Origin: an uncultured delta proteobacterium
GTDB taxonomy: Bacteria; Desulfobacterota; Desulfuromonadia; Desulfuromonadales; BM103
Direction of reading: 5' to 3'
NCBI GenBank assembly: GCA_963847735.1
Contig: CAWKAV010000022.1
Span: forward strand, 242,988 to 306,987
Length of the DNA: 64,000 bases
The notes below the pieces were generated by a model. It was not told the origin of the DNA and ran no database searches. It saw only the letters and a program-made list of their open reading frames with translations. The position numbers and the translations under genes are program-made. This document shows positions 17,354 through 27,772 of the stretch, piece by piece; position 1 is the stretch's first letter, and the number at the start of each line of letters is the position of its first letter.

Positions 17354-17595
17354 ACAATGTTTTACAATTTCGGAAGAGTCTTTTGACCTTGTTAATATGC
17401 TGGACTTTATAGAGAATATCCAATAATTAAATACACTTAAGCAACGGCCGTGCGGTTGAACATGTCACAAGCTGTTAACATTGGTATAACGACTGTTAAA
17501 GGCAATGACACGGCAATATCCCGCCGGTCAAAAAAAGGGCCTGAAACAAATCATCGCTCCGGCCCGCAACCTGTATTATGAAAATTTTCTGTCTT

Positions 17596-19428
17596 TCAAT
17601 GGAGCTTATACTTCTGCAATTTCTTGTAGAGCCCGGGACGGGAGATACCCAGTAAATTTGCTGCAACCAGTTTGTTGCCGCCAACCTTTTCCATGGCGAC
17701 AAGGATCAGTTCCTTCTCAATCTCTTCCATAATTTCCTGCAGCGACCGTTTGCCAAGATCCGCGGCGGTGCCAGGATGGAACTCCCCTTGACTGTGAAGT
17801 GAAGCGTCCTCGACATGGTGGAGTTCAGCGATCGGCGCGGGGAGGTCATACAGCCGGATAAAAGGTCCATTAACCATATTGAAAGCACTCTCAATGGCAC
17901 TGCGCAGTTCACGAACATTCCCCGGAAAGGGATAGGCCTTCAGGGCTGTCCAGGCGCGGGAACTGAGACCCTGAACATTCAGATCAAACTCGTGATTGAA
18001 CAGCTCGACAAAGTGCCTGGTGAGGCGGAAGATATCCTCTGTACGTTCACGCAACGGCGGGACCGGCAGCGATACAACATTGATACGATAGAAGAGATCC
18101 GAACGCAGCCTGCCCTCCTTGACGAGAGCCAGCGCATCGCAGTTGGTTGCCGTGATGAAACGAACATCGACGAAGCGGATATCCTGGCTGCCGAGGGGAG
18201 CAACTTCGCGTTCCTGCAGGACGCGGAGCAGCTTGGCCTGCATTGCCAGAGGCATCTCGCTGATTTCATCAAGGAAGAGTGTGCCGCCATGAGCCTGCTC
18301 GAACTTGCCAATCTGCCCGCCGCGCCTAGCCCCCGAGAAGGCTCCTTCGACGTAGCCGAAAAGCTCGGCCTCCAGCAGGTTTTCAGGGATTGCAGCACAG
18401 TTGACCCTTACGAAGGGACCATCACTGCGGCGACTGGCCGAATGGATCGCATGGGCGAACAACTCCTTGCCGGTGCCGCTCTCTCCGGTCAGAAGAACTG
18501 TTGAAGAACGGCCGGCGATCCGCACCAGGCGCTCCTTGAGATCCATCATGGTCTGCCCCTGGCAGACAATCTGGTCAACTCCATACAGCGCCGTGGGACG
18601 GTGGCCGGCAATGGCACGGCGGCCGGACTTACCCTCGGCAGGAGGGAGGGTGCCGGCAAAGCGCGATGTGTTCGGGCCTTCCCTGAGTTGGGCCTTGCCA
18701 TAGGCCCCGAAAATTTTGCCATTTTTCAGCAGCGGCCAGCGGCTTGCCACGATGCTTCGGCCATTCAACTGGTGTGGTTCACCAATTTCCGCCTTTCCGG
18801 AATCCATAACCTTGGGCAGACGTGACAGGGTCGATTCAGGGTAAGATTCGTTGACATGGCGACCGACCATCTCCTCGGCTTGCAAGCCGAGGATGTCGGC
18901 AAATTCCCGGTTGATCATCAGGATATATCCGGCACGATTAACCAGCAGAATCCCCCCATCTGTATCGAGAGAAAAAGGATCGATCGATTGCACGAAATCG
19001 TGGAGGACCTCCGCGGCTTCACTGCTGCGTCCCATTGTTGTCAGAACCAGCTCTCCTCCGGATTGGTCGCCCGCAGAGCCGCCCTGCAGATATTCAGCGA
19101 TATACCAACGATCACCTATCGGTACCGGCAGGGATTTGAAACAGAAGCCCTTTGCCAGCAGAGCATGGAAGTGCCGCAGGTCGTCTATCTGCTCAAGACT
19201 TTTGCCAATCAGGACAGGCTGCCCCTGACGATCGAACGGGTTGTTGTCACTGAGCGAGACAATCTGCTGGCTCCGATCAAGGCCAAAAATTAATGGCAAA
19301 GTCTTTTCTTTTCCTGACCGGCCCGCATCCAGACTTCGTAACAAAGTTGATGAACTCATAAATGGATTATTCTCCCGAATGAGCCAGAATCCACGACATC
19401 CGTGGGCAGTCGGCCAGACTGCTTTCAA
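17596..19428 (-). CDS. sigma54-dependent transcriptional activator (sensor/PAS - AAA+ - Fis-type HTH)
   Basis: AAA+ core VLLTGESGTGKELFAHAIH and GAFSGA (GAFTGA-like) loop; C-terminal HTH ..NKLVAANLLGISRPGLYKKLQKY. An alternative start at ATG 19359 (MSSSTLL..) is equally plausible. Confidence 0.9.
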   Translation of the reverse strand: MKAVWPTAHGCRGFWLIRENNPFMSSSTLLRSLDAGRSGKEKTLPLIFGLDRSQQIVSLSDNNPFDRQGQPVLIGKSLEQIDDLRHFHALLAKGFCFKSLPVPIGDRWYIAEYLQGGSAGDQSGGELVLTTMGRSSEAAEVLHDFVQSIDPFSLDTDGGILLVNRAGYILMINREFADILGLQAEEMVGRHVNESYPESTLSRLPKVMDSGKAEIGEPHQLNGRSIVASRWPLLKNGKIFGAYGKAQLREGPNTSRFAGTLPPAEGKSGRRAIAGHRPTALYGVDQIVCQGQTMMDLKERLVRIAGRSSTVLLTGESGTGKELFAHAIHSASRRSDGPFVRVNCAAIPENLLEAELFGYVEGAFSGARRGGQIGKFEQAHGGTLFLDEISEMPLAMQAKLLRVLQEREVAPLGSQDIRFVDVRFITATNCDALALVKEGRLRSDLFYRINVVSLPVPPLRERTEDIFRLTRHFVELFNHEFDLNVQGLSSRAWTALKAYPFPGNVRELRSAIESAFNMVNGPFIRLYDLPAPIAELHHVEDASLHSQGEFHPGTAADLGKRSLQEIMEEIEKELILVAMEKVGGNKLVAANLLGISRPGLYKKLQKYKLH

Positions 19429-19638
19429 CGTATCGGCACGGCTTCTGACACTGCAGATGATAACATTGTTCTACTGATTCTGGCAACAAAGATCCAAAGT
19501 TTAAAGCGCTGGACAGCGCCTCTTTACGGCAGGGTGCGCCGACTTTGACCTTCGTCCCTGATGGCATCTGCAAGGGCTTAACGCACGGCATCATCTGTGT
19601 TATTTTATACTGTCATGTAGTCTCTCTGAGGCAAGGCA

Positions 19639-20448
19639 ATGGATATCACGGAACTCGCCCAACTGGTTGATGACTTAACCTACCTGCTGGCAAGAATCAG
19701 CAAATACCTGAAGAACAATCAGTATGTCTACCTGCGCGCATTCGACAGCTGGCAAGACAGTTACAACCAGATCGCCGCACGTATGCAGGCCGAGCGGACT
19801 GTCAGCATGCCCCTTTTCAAGCTGGGCCCCGTCGATTATTCCCCGTCAGGAAAATCCATCAAACAGGTGTGTGTTGAAAAATTTGTCCGAACCATCAGCC
19901 ATCAGGTGGCTCGCCTTGAAGACAAAATCAGTGAATTGAACCAGGCCGCCGAAGAAAAATCAAAGCAAACTTCTCCCCTGGAGAGCTTCTTTCACCGCGC
20001 CGCAGACGGGACTGTGATTCCGCCACCATCAGCGACCCAGCGGGTCTTTATCGCCATACCAGCCGGAGAGGCTGATCTGAAGTTCTTCTGGCAAGGCATC
20101 CAGCCGGCACTCGAAACACAGGGACTGTCCTTCTTTCGTGCCGACCGTTGCCTGATCGACGATAGTCTGCTCTGCGAACTCTGTCAGGAGCTGTATTCCT
20201 GCCGACTGGCGATATTCAACCTGTCAGGGCAGGCCCCCAACGTCATGCTTGCCCTGGGGCTCGCCTACGGCATCGGTAAGCCGGTGATCATTCTCCAGCA
20301 GCAGAACGACGCCAAGCTCGGCGAGTTGAACAATAGCGGCTACATACGCTACGCTGGTGCAGATGACCTCAAGGCTTCCCTCAGGGCCCTGCTGCCGCAG
20401 GTGCTGAACAACGGAGGCCCCTGCCCACAGGCCGATGTCTTGCCCTGA
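19639..20448 (+). CDS. hypothetical protein: N-terminal coiled-coil region plus C-terminal nucleoside 2-deoxyribosyltransferase-like/TIR-like (Rossmannoid) domain
   Basis: The C-terminal half RVFIAIPAGE..FFRADR..CRLAIFNLSGQAPNVMLALGLAYGIGKPVIIL matches the NDT-like pattern (beta-strand start, late hydrophobic strand, then NV..ELG.A.G.GKPVI) as I recall it. Confidence 0.45.
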   Translation: MDITELAQLVDDLTYLLARISKYLKNNQYVYLRAFDSWQDSYNQIAARMQAERTVSMPLFKLGPVDYSPSGKSIKQVCVEKFVRTISHQVARLEDKISELNQAAEEKSKQTSPLESFFHRAADGTVIPPPSATQRVFIAIPAGEADLKFFWQGIQPALETQGLSFFRADRCLIDDSLLCELCQELYSCRLAIFNLSGQAPNVMLALGLAYGIGKPVIILQQQNDAKLGELNNSGYIRYAGADDLKASLRALLPQVLNNGGPCPQADVLP

Positions 20449-20651
20449 TAAATCGCCCGGGAGTTTATGCCTGGTTGAATAAGCGGATCTCCGCAATTCT
20501 GTCTTGACCAATTCTAATTTCTGCAAGATTATTCAAACGGCAGACCACGTTGCGGGTCGGCCGTTATCTTAAAGCTTTGCAAAACAACGGAGAAGCCACC
20601 ACTTAACGATTTCGCTTCACAAATCCATATCGAGAAAAGGAACAGCCAGAC

Positions 20652-22316
20652 ATGTCCGAAGCACTTCACTTCACGGTCGGCGGTCTACTCGAAGAGACCG
20701 CACGCCGTTTTCCGCACAATGACGGCCTAATTTACCCGGATCGCGACCTGCGACTCACCTATCAGCAACTTGATCAGTTGACCGACCGGGTCGCCAAGGG
20801 GTTGTTCCGTCTCGGCATCCGCAAGGGAGACCACGTCTCTATCTGGGCAACCAACGTTCCCGAATGGGTGGTGCTGCAGTTTGCCACAGCCAAAATCGGC
20901 GCCATACTTGTGACCATCAACACCAATTACAAATCGGCCGAACTTGATTACGTCCTGAAACAATCCGATTCGACCACCCTCTTCCTGGTCCAGGGTTTCA
21001 AGGACACCGATTACATCGACACAGTCTATAGCGTAGTCCCGGAGTTGAAGAAAGCCGCGCCGGGCGATTTTCACTGCGAGAAGCTGCCTTTTTTGAAGAA
21101 TATCGTCTTCCTCGGCGATAACCATCACGAGGGCATGCTCAACTATCGTGACATTGAAAAACTCGGCGAGGATGTCTGCGACGAGGTCTTGAATGATCTG
21201 AAAAAATCTCTGGATCCCTTTGAAGTAATCAACATGCAGTACACCTCGGGAACCACCGGCTTTCCAAAAGGAGTGATGCTGACTCACACCAATATCGTCA
21301 ATAACGCATACAACATCGGCAAGTGTATGGATCTCAGCTCAATGGACCGGCTCTGCATCCCGGTGCCTTTCTTTCATTGCTTCGGCTGCGTACTCGGCGT
21401 GCTGGCCTGCGTCACCCATGGAGCAGCGATGGTGCCGGTGGAAACCTTCGATCCGGAAAGTGTGCTGCGCACTGTTGAGGCGGAGAAGTGTACCGGCCTG
21501 CACGGCGTGCCGACCATGTTCATCGCCGAGTTGGAACACCCGAGGTTTAAAGAATACGACCTATCCTCTTTGCGCACCGGAATCATGGCTGGCTCTCCCT
21601 GCCCGATCGAGGTCATGAAAATGGTGATCAGTGACATGAACTGTTCGGAGATCACCATCGCCTACGGCCAGACCGAAGCATCGCCGGTGATCACCCAGAC
21701 CCGCACCCAGGATCCGATCGAACTTCGAGTGACCAGCGTCGGCCGGGCACTGCCTGATGTTGAGGTAAAAATTGTTGATATCACGAGCGGAGCGACCTTG
21801 CCGGCCGGAAAGCAGGGCGAACTCTGCACCCGTGGTTACCTGGTGATGAAGGGTTACTACAAGCTGCCGGCCGAAACCGCCCTGGCGATCGATGAAGAAG
21901 GCTGGCTGCACACCGGTGACCTGGCAGTGATGGATAAAAATGGCTACTGTCACATCACCGGGCGAATCAAAAACATGATCATCCGCGGCGGTGAGAATAT
22001 TTATCCACGCGAGATCGAAGAGTTTCTTTACACCCACCCAAAGGTTTCGGATGTGCAGGTTTTCGGGGTCCCGGACAAGAAATTTGGTGAGCGGGTGATG
22101 GCGGCGATCAAACTGCGGGAGGGGGTCAGCTGCAGCAGCGAAGAGATTCGCGAGTACTGCCACAACAAGATCGCCAACTACAAGATCCCCCACTACGTAA
22201 AGTTCGTCGATGGCTATCCGATGACCGCCAGCGGCAAAATCCAGATTTTCAAGCTGCGTGAAATGGCGATTGAGGAATATGGCCTGCAGGAAGCGGCTTG
22301 CCTGGCGACGGCTTGA
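20652..22316 (+). CDS. AMP-dependent acyl-CoA synthetase (FadD/medium-chain type)
   Basis: MQYTSGTTGFPKGVMLTH, ..AYGQTEASP.., ..WLHTGDLAVMD.., ..SGKIQIFKLRE. Confidence 0.85.
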   Translation: MSEALHFTVGGLLEETARRFPHNDGLIYPDRDLRLTYQQLDQLTDRVAKGLFRLGIRKGDHVSIWATNVPEWVVLQFATAKIGAILVTINTNYKSAELDYVLKQSDSTTLFLVQGFKDTDYIDTVYSVVPELKKAAPGDFHCEKLPFLKNIVFLGDNHHEGMLNYRDIEKLGEDVCDEVLNDLKKSLDPFEVINMQYTSGTTGFPKGVMLTHTNIVNNAYNIGKCMDLSSMDRLCIPVPFFHCFGCVLGVLACVTHGAAMVPVETFDPESVLRTVEAEKCTGLHGVPTMFIAELEHPRFKEYDLSSLRTGIMAGSPCPIEVMKMVISDMNCSEITIAYGQTEASPVITQTRTQDPIELRVTSVGRALPDVEVKIVDITSGATLPAGKQGELCTRGYLVMKGYYKLPAETALAIDEEGWLHTGDLAVMDKNGYCHITGRIKNMIIRGGENIYPREIEEFLYTHPKVSDVQVFGVPDKKFGERVMAAIKLREGVSCSSEEIREYCHNKIANYKIPHYVKFVDGYPMTASGKIQIFKLREMAIEEYGLQEAACLATA

Positions 22317-22473
22317 GGTTTTATTCAGAAATACGGCAGAGGGTCATGTTGGAATGATCCGGGACAGAGGATTGGAGAAAGGGACATGCGCTTTGGGCGT
22401 TCCCGACGGGTTATTCGCTTTTGACTTGTTTGAAATTAAAAGCAGATCAAAACCCAACTCAATGTGCGAGGAT

Positions 22474-22872
22474 TCAAGCCTCTTCAGGAATCGGCCACGA
22501 ACCCTGCGCCTGCAAAACTTTGCGCAGCACTTTTAGCCCCTGATTCATAGCCGGCACACCACCGTAGACTGCAGTCTGAAAGATCACCTCGGCGAGTTCG
22601 CGTGGCTTGCATCCGACATTGAGGGCCGCCTGCAGGTGAAGTTCAAGCTCTTCAGTCTTCTCCAGCACGGTCAGGGTGGCGACCGCGACCATCTGGCGCA
22701 CAACATGTGGGATGACCTGCCGGGAGTACATCTGGCCGGTGATGAACATCGACAGATCCCTTGCCAGTCCACGATCAAAAGACTTCCACAGATCGTAAGG
22801 CTTCTCACCCGAGACCCCTTCGAAATAGAGTTTGGCCGTCTCGGCCGTCTTTCTGGCGATATCATCAGACAT
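22474..22872 (-). CDS. carboxymuconolactone decarboxylase (CMD/AhpD-like) family protein
   Basis: 132 aa, helical; ..REL.EVIFQTAVYGGVPAMNQGLKVL.. is typical of the CMD family. Confidence 0.6.
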   Translation of the reverse strand: MSDDIARKTAETAKLYFEGVSGEKPYDLWKSFDRGLARDLSMFITGQMYSRQVIPHVVRQMVAVATLTVLEKTEELELHLQAALNVGCKPRELAEVIFQTAVYGGVPAMNQGLKVLRKVLQAQGSWPIPEEA

Positions 22873-22902
22873 GAGCTCTTCCTTTCATGACATCAAAGAA
22901 GC

Positions 22903-23745
22903 TTAAGAGGGTCGTTGCACGATGGCTTCGACCAGCGCAATGCGACCCTCTTCAAGGTTGCGCAGCTGGTTTTGCGCCATCAACGGAAAGTCGTCGCCGA
23001 GCAGCAGATGCAGGCCGAGGCGCGGCAAGCCGTTCTGCTTGATGTTTGCCGCCATGCGCCGGAACCATGTTCGACCTCTTTCAGTGGCATCCTGCCAATT
23101 CAAGACCTCAAAGCCGATGCCCAGCAGCTGACTTCGCAACTGTTGCGGACTGGCCAGGTGGCTGATGGCGGATTCGCGGGCCCAGGGAACCGGGAACAGG
23201 ATCGGTCCACCCTCACCGGCCAGCACATCATAGATCACCAGTCTCCCGCCGGGCTTGAGAACCCGCCACATCTCGCTGTAAAGTTTTGTTTTATCAGCGA
23301 TATTCATCGCCGCATGCTGGGTCCAGAGCAGATCGAAGCAACTATCCTCGAAGGGCAGATCAAGGGCATCACCGTAACGGTAGGTAACATGAGAGTCGAG
23401 GCCAAGCTTCTGCGCGAGCATGGTCGCGACCCGGCAATATTCCTCGCAAAGGTCGATGCCGGTAACGCGGCAACCGAACTCCAGCGCCAGGCATCGGGAA
23501 GCGCCGCCGAGCCCGCTGCCGACATCCAGAACCTGCATCGTCTCATTGAGATCCAGTTGCCGGGCGAGTTCGAGCGTGAACTTGCGGCCACCTATGTGAA
23601 ATTCGTCGATGCCAGCCAGATCTTCGGCCCTGAGATGATCACGGTCGATACCCGCATCGACGAGAGCGGTCAGGATCGTGGCCTCAAGCTTGTGGCTTGA
23701 GTAGTGCGCCTCCACACCCTCTGGATTCAGACCGGATCGGATCAT
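22903..23745 (-). CDS. class I SAM-dependent methyltransferase
   Basis: Motif I VLDVGSGLGGASR, post-I ..VTGIDL.., ..LKPGGRLVIYD. Start set at the ATG at 23745 to avoid overlap with the upstream gene. Confidence 0.75.
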   Translation of the reverse strand: MIRSGLNPEGVEAHYSSHKLEATILTALVDAGIDRDHLRAEDLAGIDEFHIGGRKFTLELARQLDLNETMQVLDVGSGLGGASRCLALEFGCRVTGIDLCEEYCRVATMLAQKLGLDSHVTYRYGDALDLPFEDSCFDLLWTQHAAMNIADKTKLYSEMWRVLKPGGRLVIYDVLAGEGGPILFPVPWARESAISHLASPQQLRSQLLGIGFEVLNWQDATERGRTWFRRMAANIKQNGLPRLGLHLLLGDDFPLMAQNQLRNLEEGRIALVEAIVQRPS

Positions 23746-23770
23746 TCGATCATTCCTTGCAGACCGATCT

Positions 23771-25822
23771 TCAATCCAGGACCAACAGGACTTGCCCGAT
23801 CTCGACCGCATCGCCTTCCCGGACAAGAAGCTGACTGACAGTTCCATCCCGGTCAGCAATGATCTCGTTCTCCATCTTCATCGCCTCAAGGATAATGAGA
23901 AGATCACCCTCCTGCACCTGCTGCCCGTCGGTCACCTCCAGCTTCCAGATATTGCCGGCCAGCGGAGCAACCACCCCATTGACAGCAGCAACCGCAGTAT
24001 TGACTGTCGGCGAAGAAGTTTTCGGTGCCGTAACCTTGCCACCCGCATAAGTCATGAGAGGGGCACCAACATCGACAGCGTCGCCCTCCTTGACCAGAAT
24101 CTCAGCGACCACGCCTGACTTCCCGGCCAGGACTTCATTCTCCATCTTCATGGCTTCGAGAATGAAAAGCAGGTCACCTTCTTCAACTTTCTGCCCCGAC
24201 GTCACCTCAATCTTCCAGATATTACCAGCAAGTGCAGTATTGACTGTGTCCGCTGTAACGCATGAAGAAGTTCCCGCCGGGACCACTGCGGCAACGGCGG
24301 CGGCAGCGGCAGCAGAGCCGTCAGCGCTGGCAACCTGCACAACAAAGCTCCTGCCACCACCGGTAACGGTATAGATCTCACCACCGGAAACGGCCGGAGG
24401 AGAAGTCGTCGGAGCGGGCTCCTCACCGGTCGGGGCGGGTTCAAAGGCGGCCGCATTACCCCGATTTTCAATAAACTTCAGTCCTACCTGCTGAAACAGG
24501 GCGTAGGTCAGCACATCCTCGATCTCGTCTGCGGCCAGGGTAAGTGCTTTTTCGGCAGCAATTTTGCGAAGCTCGGTGGTGAGTTTCTCCACCTCTGGTT
24601 CGATCAGGTCTGCGGGACGGCAGGTGATCGGCGTCGCCCCCTTGAGGATTTTTTTCTGAACGTCCTTGTTGACCGGTGCCGGGGTAGCGCCGTATTCACC
24701 TTTGAGGACGGCCGTGGTCTCCTTGGTGACCGCCTTGTAACGTTCGCCCGCCAGGACATTGAGGACCGCCTGGCTGCCGACGATCTGCGAGGTTGGTGTC
24801 ACCAGCGGCAGAAAACCGAGATCTTCCCGAACAAAGGGGATCTCTGCCAACACCTGGTCGATCTTGTCGCTGGCGCCCTGTTCGCGCAGCTGGCTTTCCA
24901 TGTTGGTCAGCATGCCGCCTGGAACCTGCGCCATGATGATCCGCGAATCAATGCCTTTGAGAGAGCCCTCGAACCTGGCATACTTTTTACGTACTTCACG
25001 GAAGTAGGCGGAGATCTCCTGCAACAGGGCCAGATCAAGGCCGGTGGCGTGATCGGTCTCGGCGGTGATGGCCACCAGGGCCTCGGTCGGCGAATGCGCG
25101 TAGGTCAGACTCATGGATGAGATCGCCGTATCGACGTTGTCGACACCGGCCTCAATCGCCTTCAGATAGGCGGCAGTGGACATGCCGGTGGTGGCATGAC
25201 AGTGCATTTGAAGGGGGACAGACAACGTCTTCTTGAGTTTTTTGACCAGCTCGTAGGCCGCGTAGGGGGTAATGAGGCCGGCCATATCCTTGATACAGAT
25301 CGAGTGTGCTCCCATATCCTCGATAGTCTTCGCCAGGTCAACCCATTTGGCGAGGGTGTGGACCGGGCTGACGGTGTAAGAGATACAACCCTGGGCATGC
25401 TTGCCCTGCTTGATGACTTCCCTGATGGCCGTTTCGAGGTTGCGGGGATCGTTCATGGCGTCGAAGACACGGAACACGTCGATACCGTTAACAGCCGCCC
25501 GCTCGACGAATTTCTCGACCACGTCGTCGGCATAATGACGATAGCCGAGGATATTCTGACCTCTGAAGAGCATCTGCAGCGGGGTATTGGGCATGGCCTG
25601 TTTCAGGGCTCTGAGCCGATGCCATGGATCCTCTCCCAGATAACGGATACAGGAATCGAAAGTTGCGCCGCCCCAGACTTCCAGTGACCAGTAGCCGACC
25701 CTGTCGAGTTTCTCCGTAATCGGCAGCATATCATCCAGCCTCATCCGCGTTGCCAGCAGAGACTGGTGCGCGTCGCGCAGCACAAGTTCGGTGATACCTA
25801 ATGGCTTTGTCGTCTTGCTCAT
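23771..25822 (-). CDS. OadA/pyruvate-carboxylase-B (5S) type carboxyltransferase fused to two tandem biotinyl-carrier domains
   Basis: N-terminus [25 protein letters not shown] (5S/HMGL-like carboxyltransferase). Ala/Pro-rich linker. Two lipoyl/biotinyl folds, each with EAMKME (..[14 protein letters not shown].. and ..[14 protein letters not shown]..). Confidence 0.85.
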   Translation of the reverse strand: MSKTTKPLGITELVLRDAHQSLLATRMRLDDMLPITEKLDRVGYWSLEVWGGATFDSCIRYLGEDPWHRLRALKQAMPNTPLQMLFRGQNILGYRHYADDVVEKFVERAAVNGIDVFRVFDAMNDPRNLETAIREVIKQGKHAQGCISYTVSPVHTLAKWVDLAKTIEDMGAHSICIKDMAGLITPYAAYELVKKLKKTLSVPLQMHCHATTGMSTAAYLKAIEAGVDNVDTAISSMSLTYAHSPTEALVAITAETDHATGLDLALLQEISAYFREVRKKYARFEGSLKGIDSRIIMAQVPGGMLTNMESQLREQGASDKIDQVLAEIPFVREDLGFLPLVTPTSQIVGSQAVLNVLAGERYKAVTKETTAVLKGEYGATPAPVNKDVQKKILKGATPITCRPADLIEPEVEKLTTELRKIAAEKALTLAADEIEDVLTYALFQQVGLKFIENRGNAAAFEPAPTGEEPAPTTSPPAVSGGEIYTVTGGGRSFVVQVASADGSAAAAAAVAAVVPAGTSSCVTADTVNTALAGNIWKIEVTSGQKVEEGDLLFILEAMKMENEVLAGKSGVVAEILVKEGDAVDVGAPLMTYAGGKVTAPKTSSPTVNTAVAAVNGVVAPLAGNIWKLEVTDGQQVQEGDLLIILEAMKMENEIIADRDGTVSQLLVREGDAVEIGQVLLVLD

Positions 25823-25928
25823 GAGTCTACCTCTTGATGGTTGTCATCCTGCAGCAGAAGGATTCGTAACAAACTTTACCGGGAACTTCCGCGGCGGCAT
25901 CGCCCGTGGCACCGTGCCATGGTGAGAC

Positions 25929-27688
25929 CTATCCCTTGATAATGCGCGGCAGAAGCATCTGATGCACCGGTGTGATCGATCTCGGATTTTGATAATTGGC
26001 CCCGCTGAAGGCCTTGATGTACTTACGCAGCTCGAGCAGCGAGACGATCTCGTCCACAAAGCCGGTTTTTGCACAAAAAGCCGGCCGCGACTTGTCCTGA
26101 TAGTCCTGAATCATCTGGTTCATCTTGTCCAGAGTCGGCGTGAGATCGTTGCCAGCCTCATCTTCCTTGACCAGGCGACGGGCATAGGATGCGGCGGCGG
26201 CAGTCTCGCCATGCATGACATAGATTTCCGTGAGCGGGGTGCCTAGGGTGAAGGCGTTGTTATTATTGGCCTGGGGCCCGCACATGATGTAGTGGGCGGC
26301 GGCGGTGCCCTTGCGCAGCACAACGCACATCATGGCGAGCTCGGTCTGCTCGATCGAATAGACCAGCGACTGACCCAGGGCCAGAAGTTCAGCTTCCTCG
26401 GCGAGATCGCCGACATCAATGCCGGTAGTATCCTGCAGCCAGACAATCGGCAAGTTGTCGCGGCCACAGAGAGTGACAAACTCACCTTGTTTGATGAGAC
26501 CTTCGCGGTAGTGCTTGCCGCCGACGCCTGGATATTCTCCGTTGGCGTAGTCAGGATAGCCGGGAAAGACGCCCTGCTGGTTGCCGATAAAGGCGACCGG
26601 GAAGCCGTCGATCTTGGCGATACCTGTAAAAACCTCGCGACCGTAGTCGGGACGGTACTCCATGAACTCGCTGTTGTCAGTGAGCCGGGCCAGAATCTGC
26701 ATGGCATCATAGGGGCGCTTCTGGTTGGCGGGGAGGAGCAGATTCAGTTCCTCGGCCGGGAATTTCGGCGCGGCCGGCGCGGCGACCCTGAACATGGTCG
26801 GGTCATAGGCGGGCATCATGCGCATGTAGTCCTTGATGCCGTCCAGGACACCCTGCTCGGTCTCGTGAACTTCACGAAAGTAGGCCGTCTTGTCAAAGTG
26901 GGTCTCCACCCGCCCCGGAGCCTTGCCTTTGAAGTTCCTGGTGCCTTCGATAAGCGCCTGTGCTGCTTCTGCATCGATATAGCCCTTGGGGTTCATGCCG
27001 CCGACGATGCCGGCGCCGCCAACGGCAATGTTCGCTCCCTCGTGAGCGAGAAGGATAGTGGGGCTGATGCCCTGGTAGCCTCCTCCGGCAGGGTTGGTGC
27101 CGTAGATGCCATTGAGAATCGGAATGCCCAGATGGTTAAGGTCGGCGTGACGAAAGAAGGGCGCGCCACTGGAGCGGCGACCGGCGTAGACGGTCTCCTG
27201 CTCCATGAGCTTGACGCCACTGCAGTTGGTCAGCCAGACCAGGGGGACATGAAGCCGTTTGGCCATGTCGGTGACCATGAGAATATTCTCGGCCTGTCCG
27301 GCGATCCAGGCACCGGCCATGACCTTGTTGTCAAAGCCGATGATGACCGCCCACTTGCCTTCGATCTTGCCAATGCCCATCGACGACCCCGGTGCAGCCC
27401 TCTTCGTTGTCCGGTGGGATTGTAGAGGGTGTGCAGAGGACACCAGGTCCCCTCATCGACCAGATATTCTAGGCGGTCATAAATGGTCATGCCGCCGCGC
27501 TGGTGAATCTTCTCGGCGGGGATGCCGGCATTTTTCACCCGCTCGATCTCCTGGGCGAGAATCTCTTCCTGCTCTCGAACGAGATCGACGTTGGCCTGCG
27601 AACGACGCACCTCTCCTTCTCTGAGTTCCTTGCCGATTTCGGCCATTTTCTCGAAGTACGGGCGCAGTGGCGTTTGTTTGCGTGACAT
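25929..27688 (-). pseudogene. gcdA: glutaconyl-CoA decarboxylase alpha-type (12S) carboxyltransferase, two +1 frameshifts 36 nt apart (~27412 and ~27377)
   Basis: N-terminus MSRKQTPLRPYFEKMAEIGKEL..GTWCPLHTLYNPT. The middle frame gives DNEEGCTGVVDG. The main ORF gives IGKIEGKWAVIIGFDNKVMAGAW..GTNPAGGGY..YQNPRSITPVHQMLLPRIIKG. Collinear with Acidaminococcus GcdA as I recall it. Confidence 0.8.
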
Positions 27689-27772
27689 GGGAAAATCCTT
27701 TCCTGTTGAGAGCAGGGCTGCATTCATTATGGAACGAAGTCCTCTGTGACAAACCGGATAAACGGATCGATC

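Noticed and set aside
17481-17500. TTGGTATAACGACTGTT on the plus strand as a sigma54 promoter.
   Set aside because: It shares the TTGGTAT -24 half but has no GC at the -12 position. There is also no plus-strand gene downstream.
17530-17565. Possible terminator after the sigma54 activator gene (GGGCC..19 nt..GGCCC followed by T7 on the minus strand).
   Set aside because: The stem is only 5 bp with a very large loop. The T-run is suggestive, but the structure is too weak to list as a feature.
24270-24340. GCN-rich repeat (gcggcaacggcggcggcagcggcagcagag) as a microsatellite or repeat element.
   Set aside because: It is in frame and encodes the poly-Ala linker ([11 protein letters not shown]) between the carboxyltransferase and the first biotinyl domain. 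Such linkers are normal for swinging-arm proteins.
647-27688. Programmed ribosomal frameshifting or a split-gene design as the explanation for the interrupted genes.
   Set aside because: No slippery heptamers or downstream stimulatory structures at the sites. The events hit unrelated gene families, sometimes twice within 40-300 nt, and always in the direction of a 1-nt insertion. Indel error or pseudogenisation is far more parsimonious.
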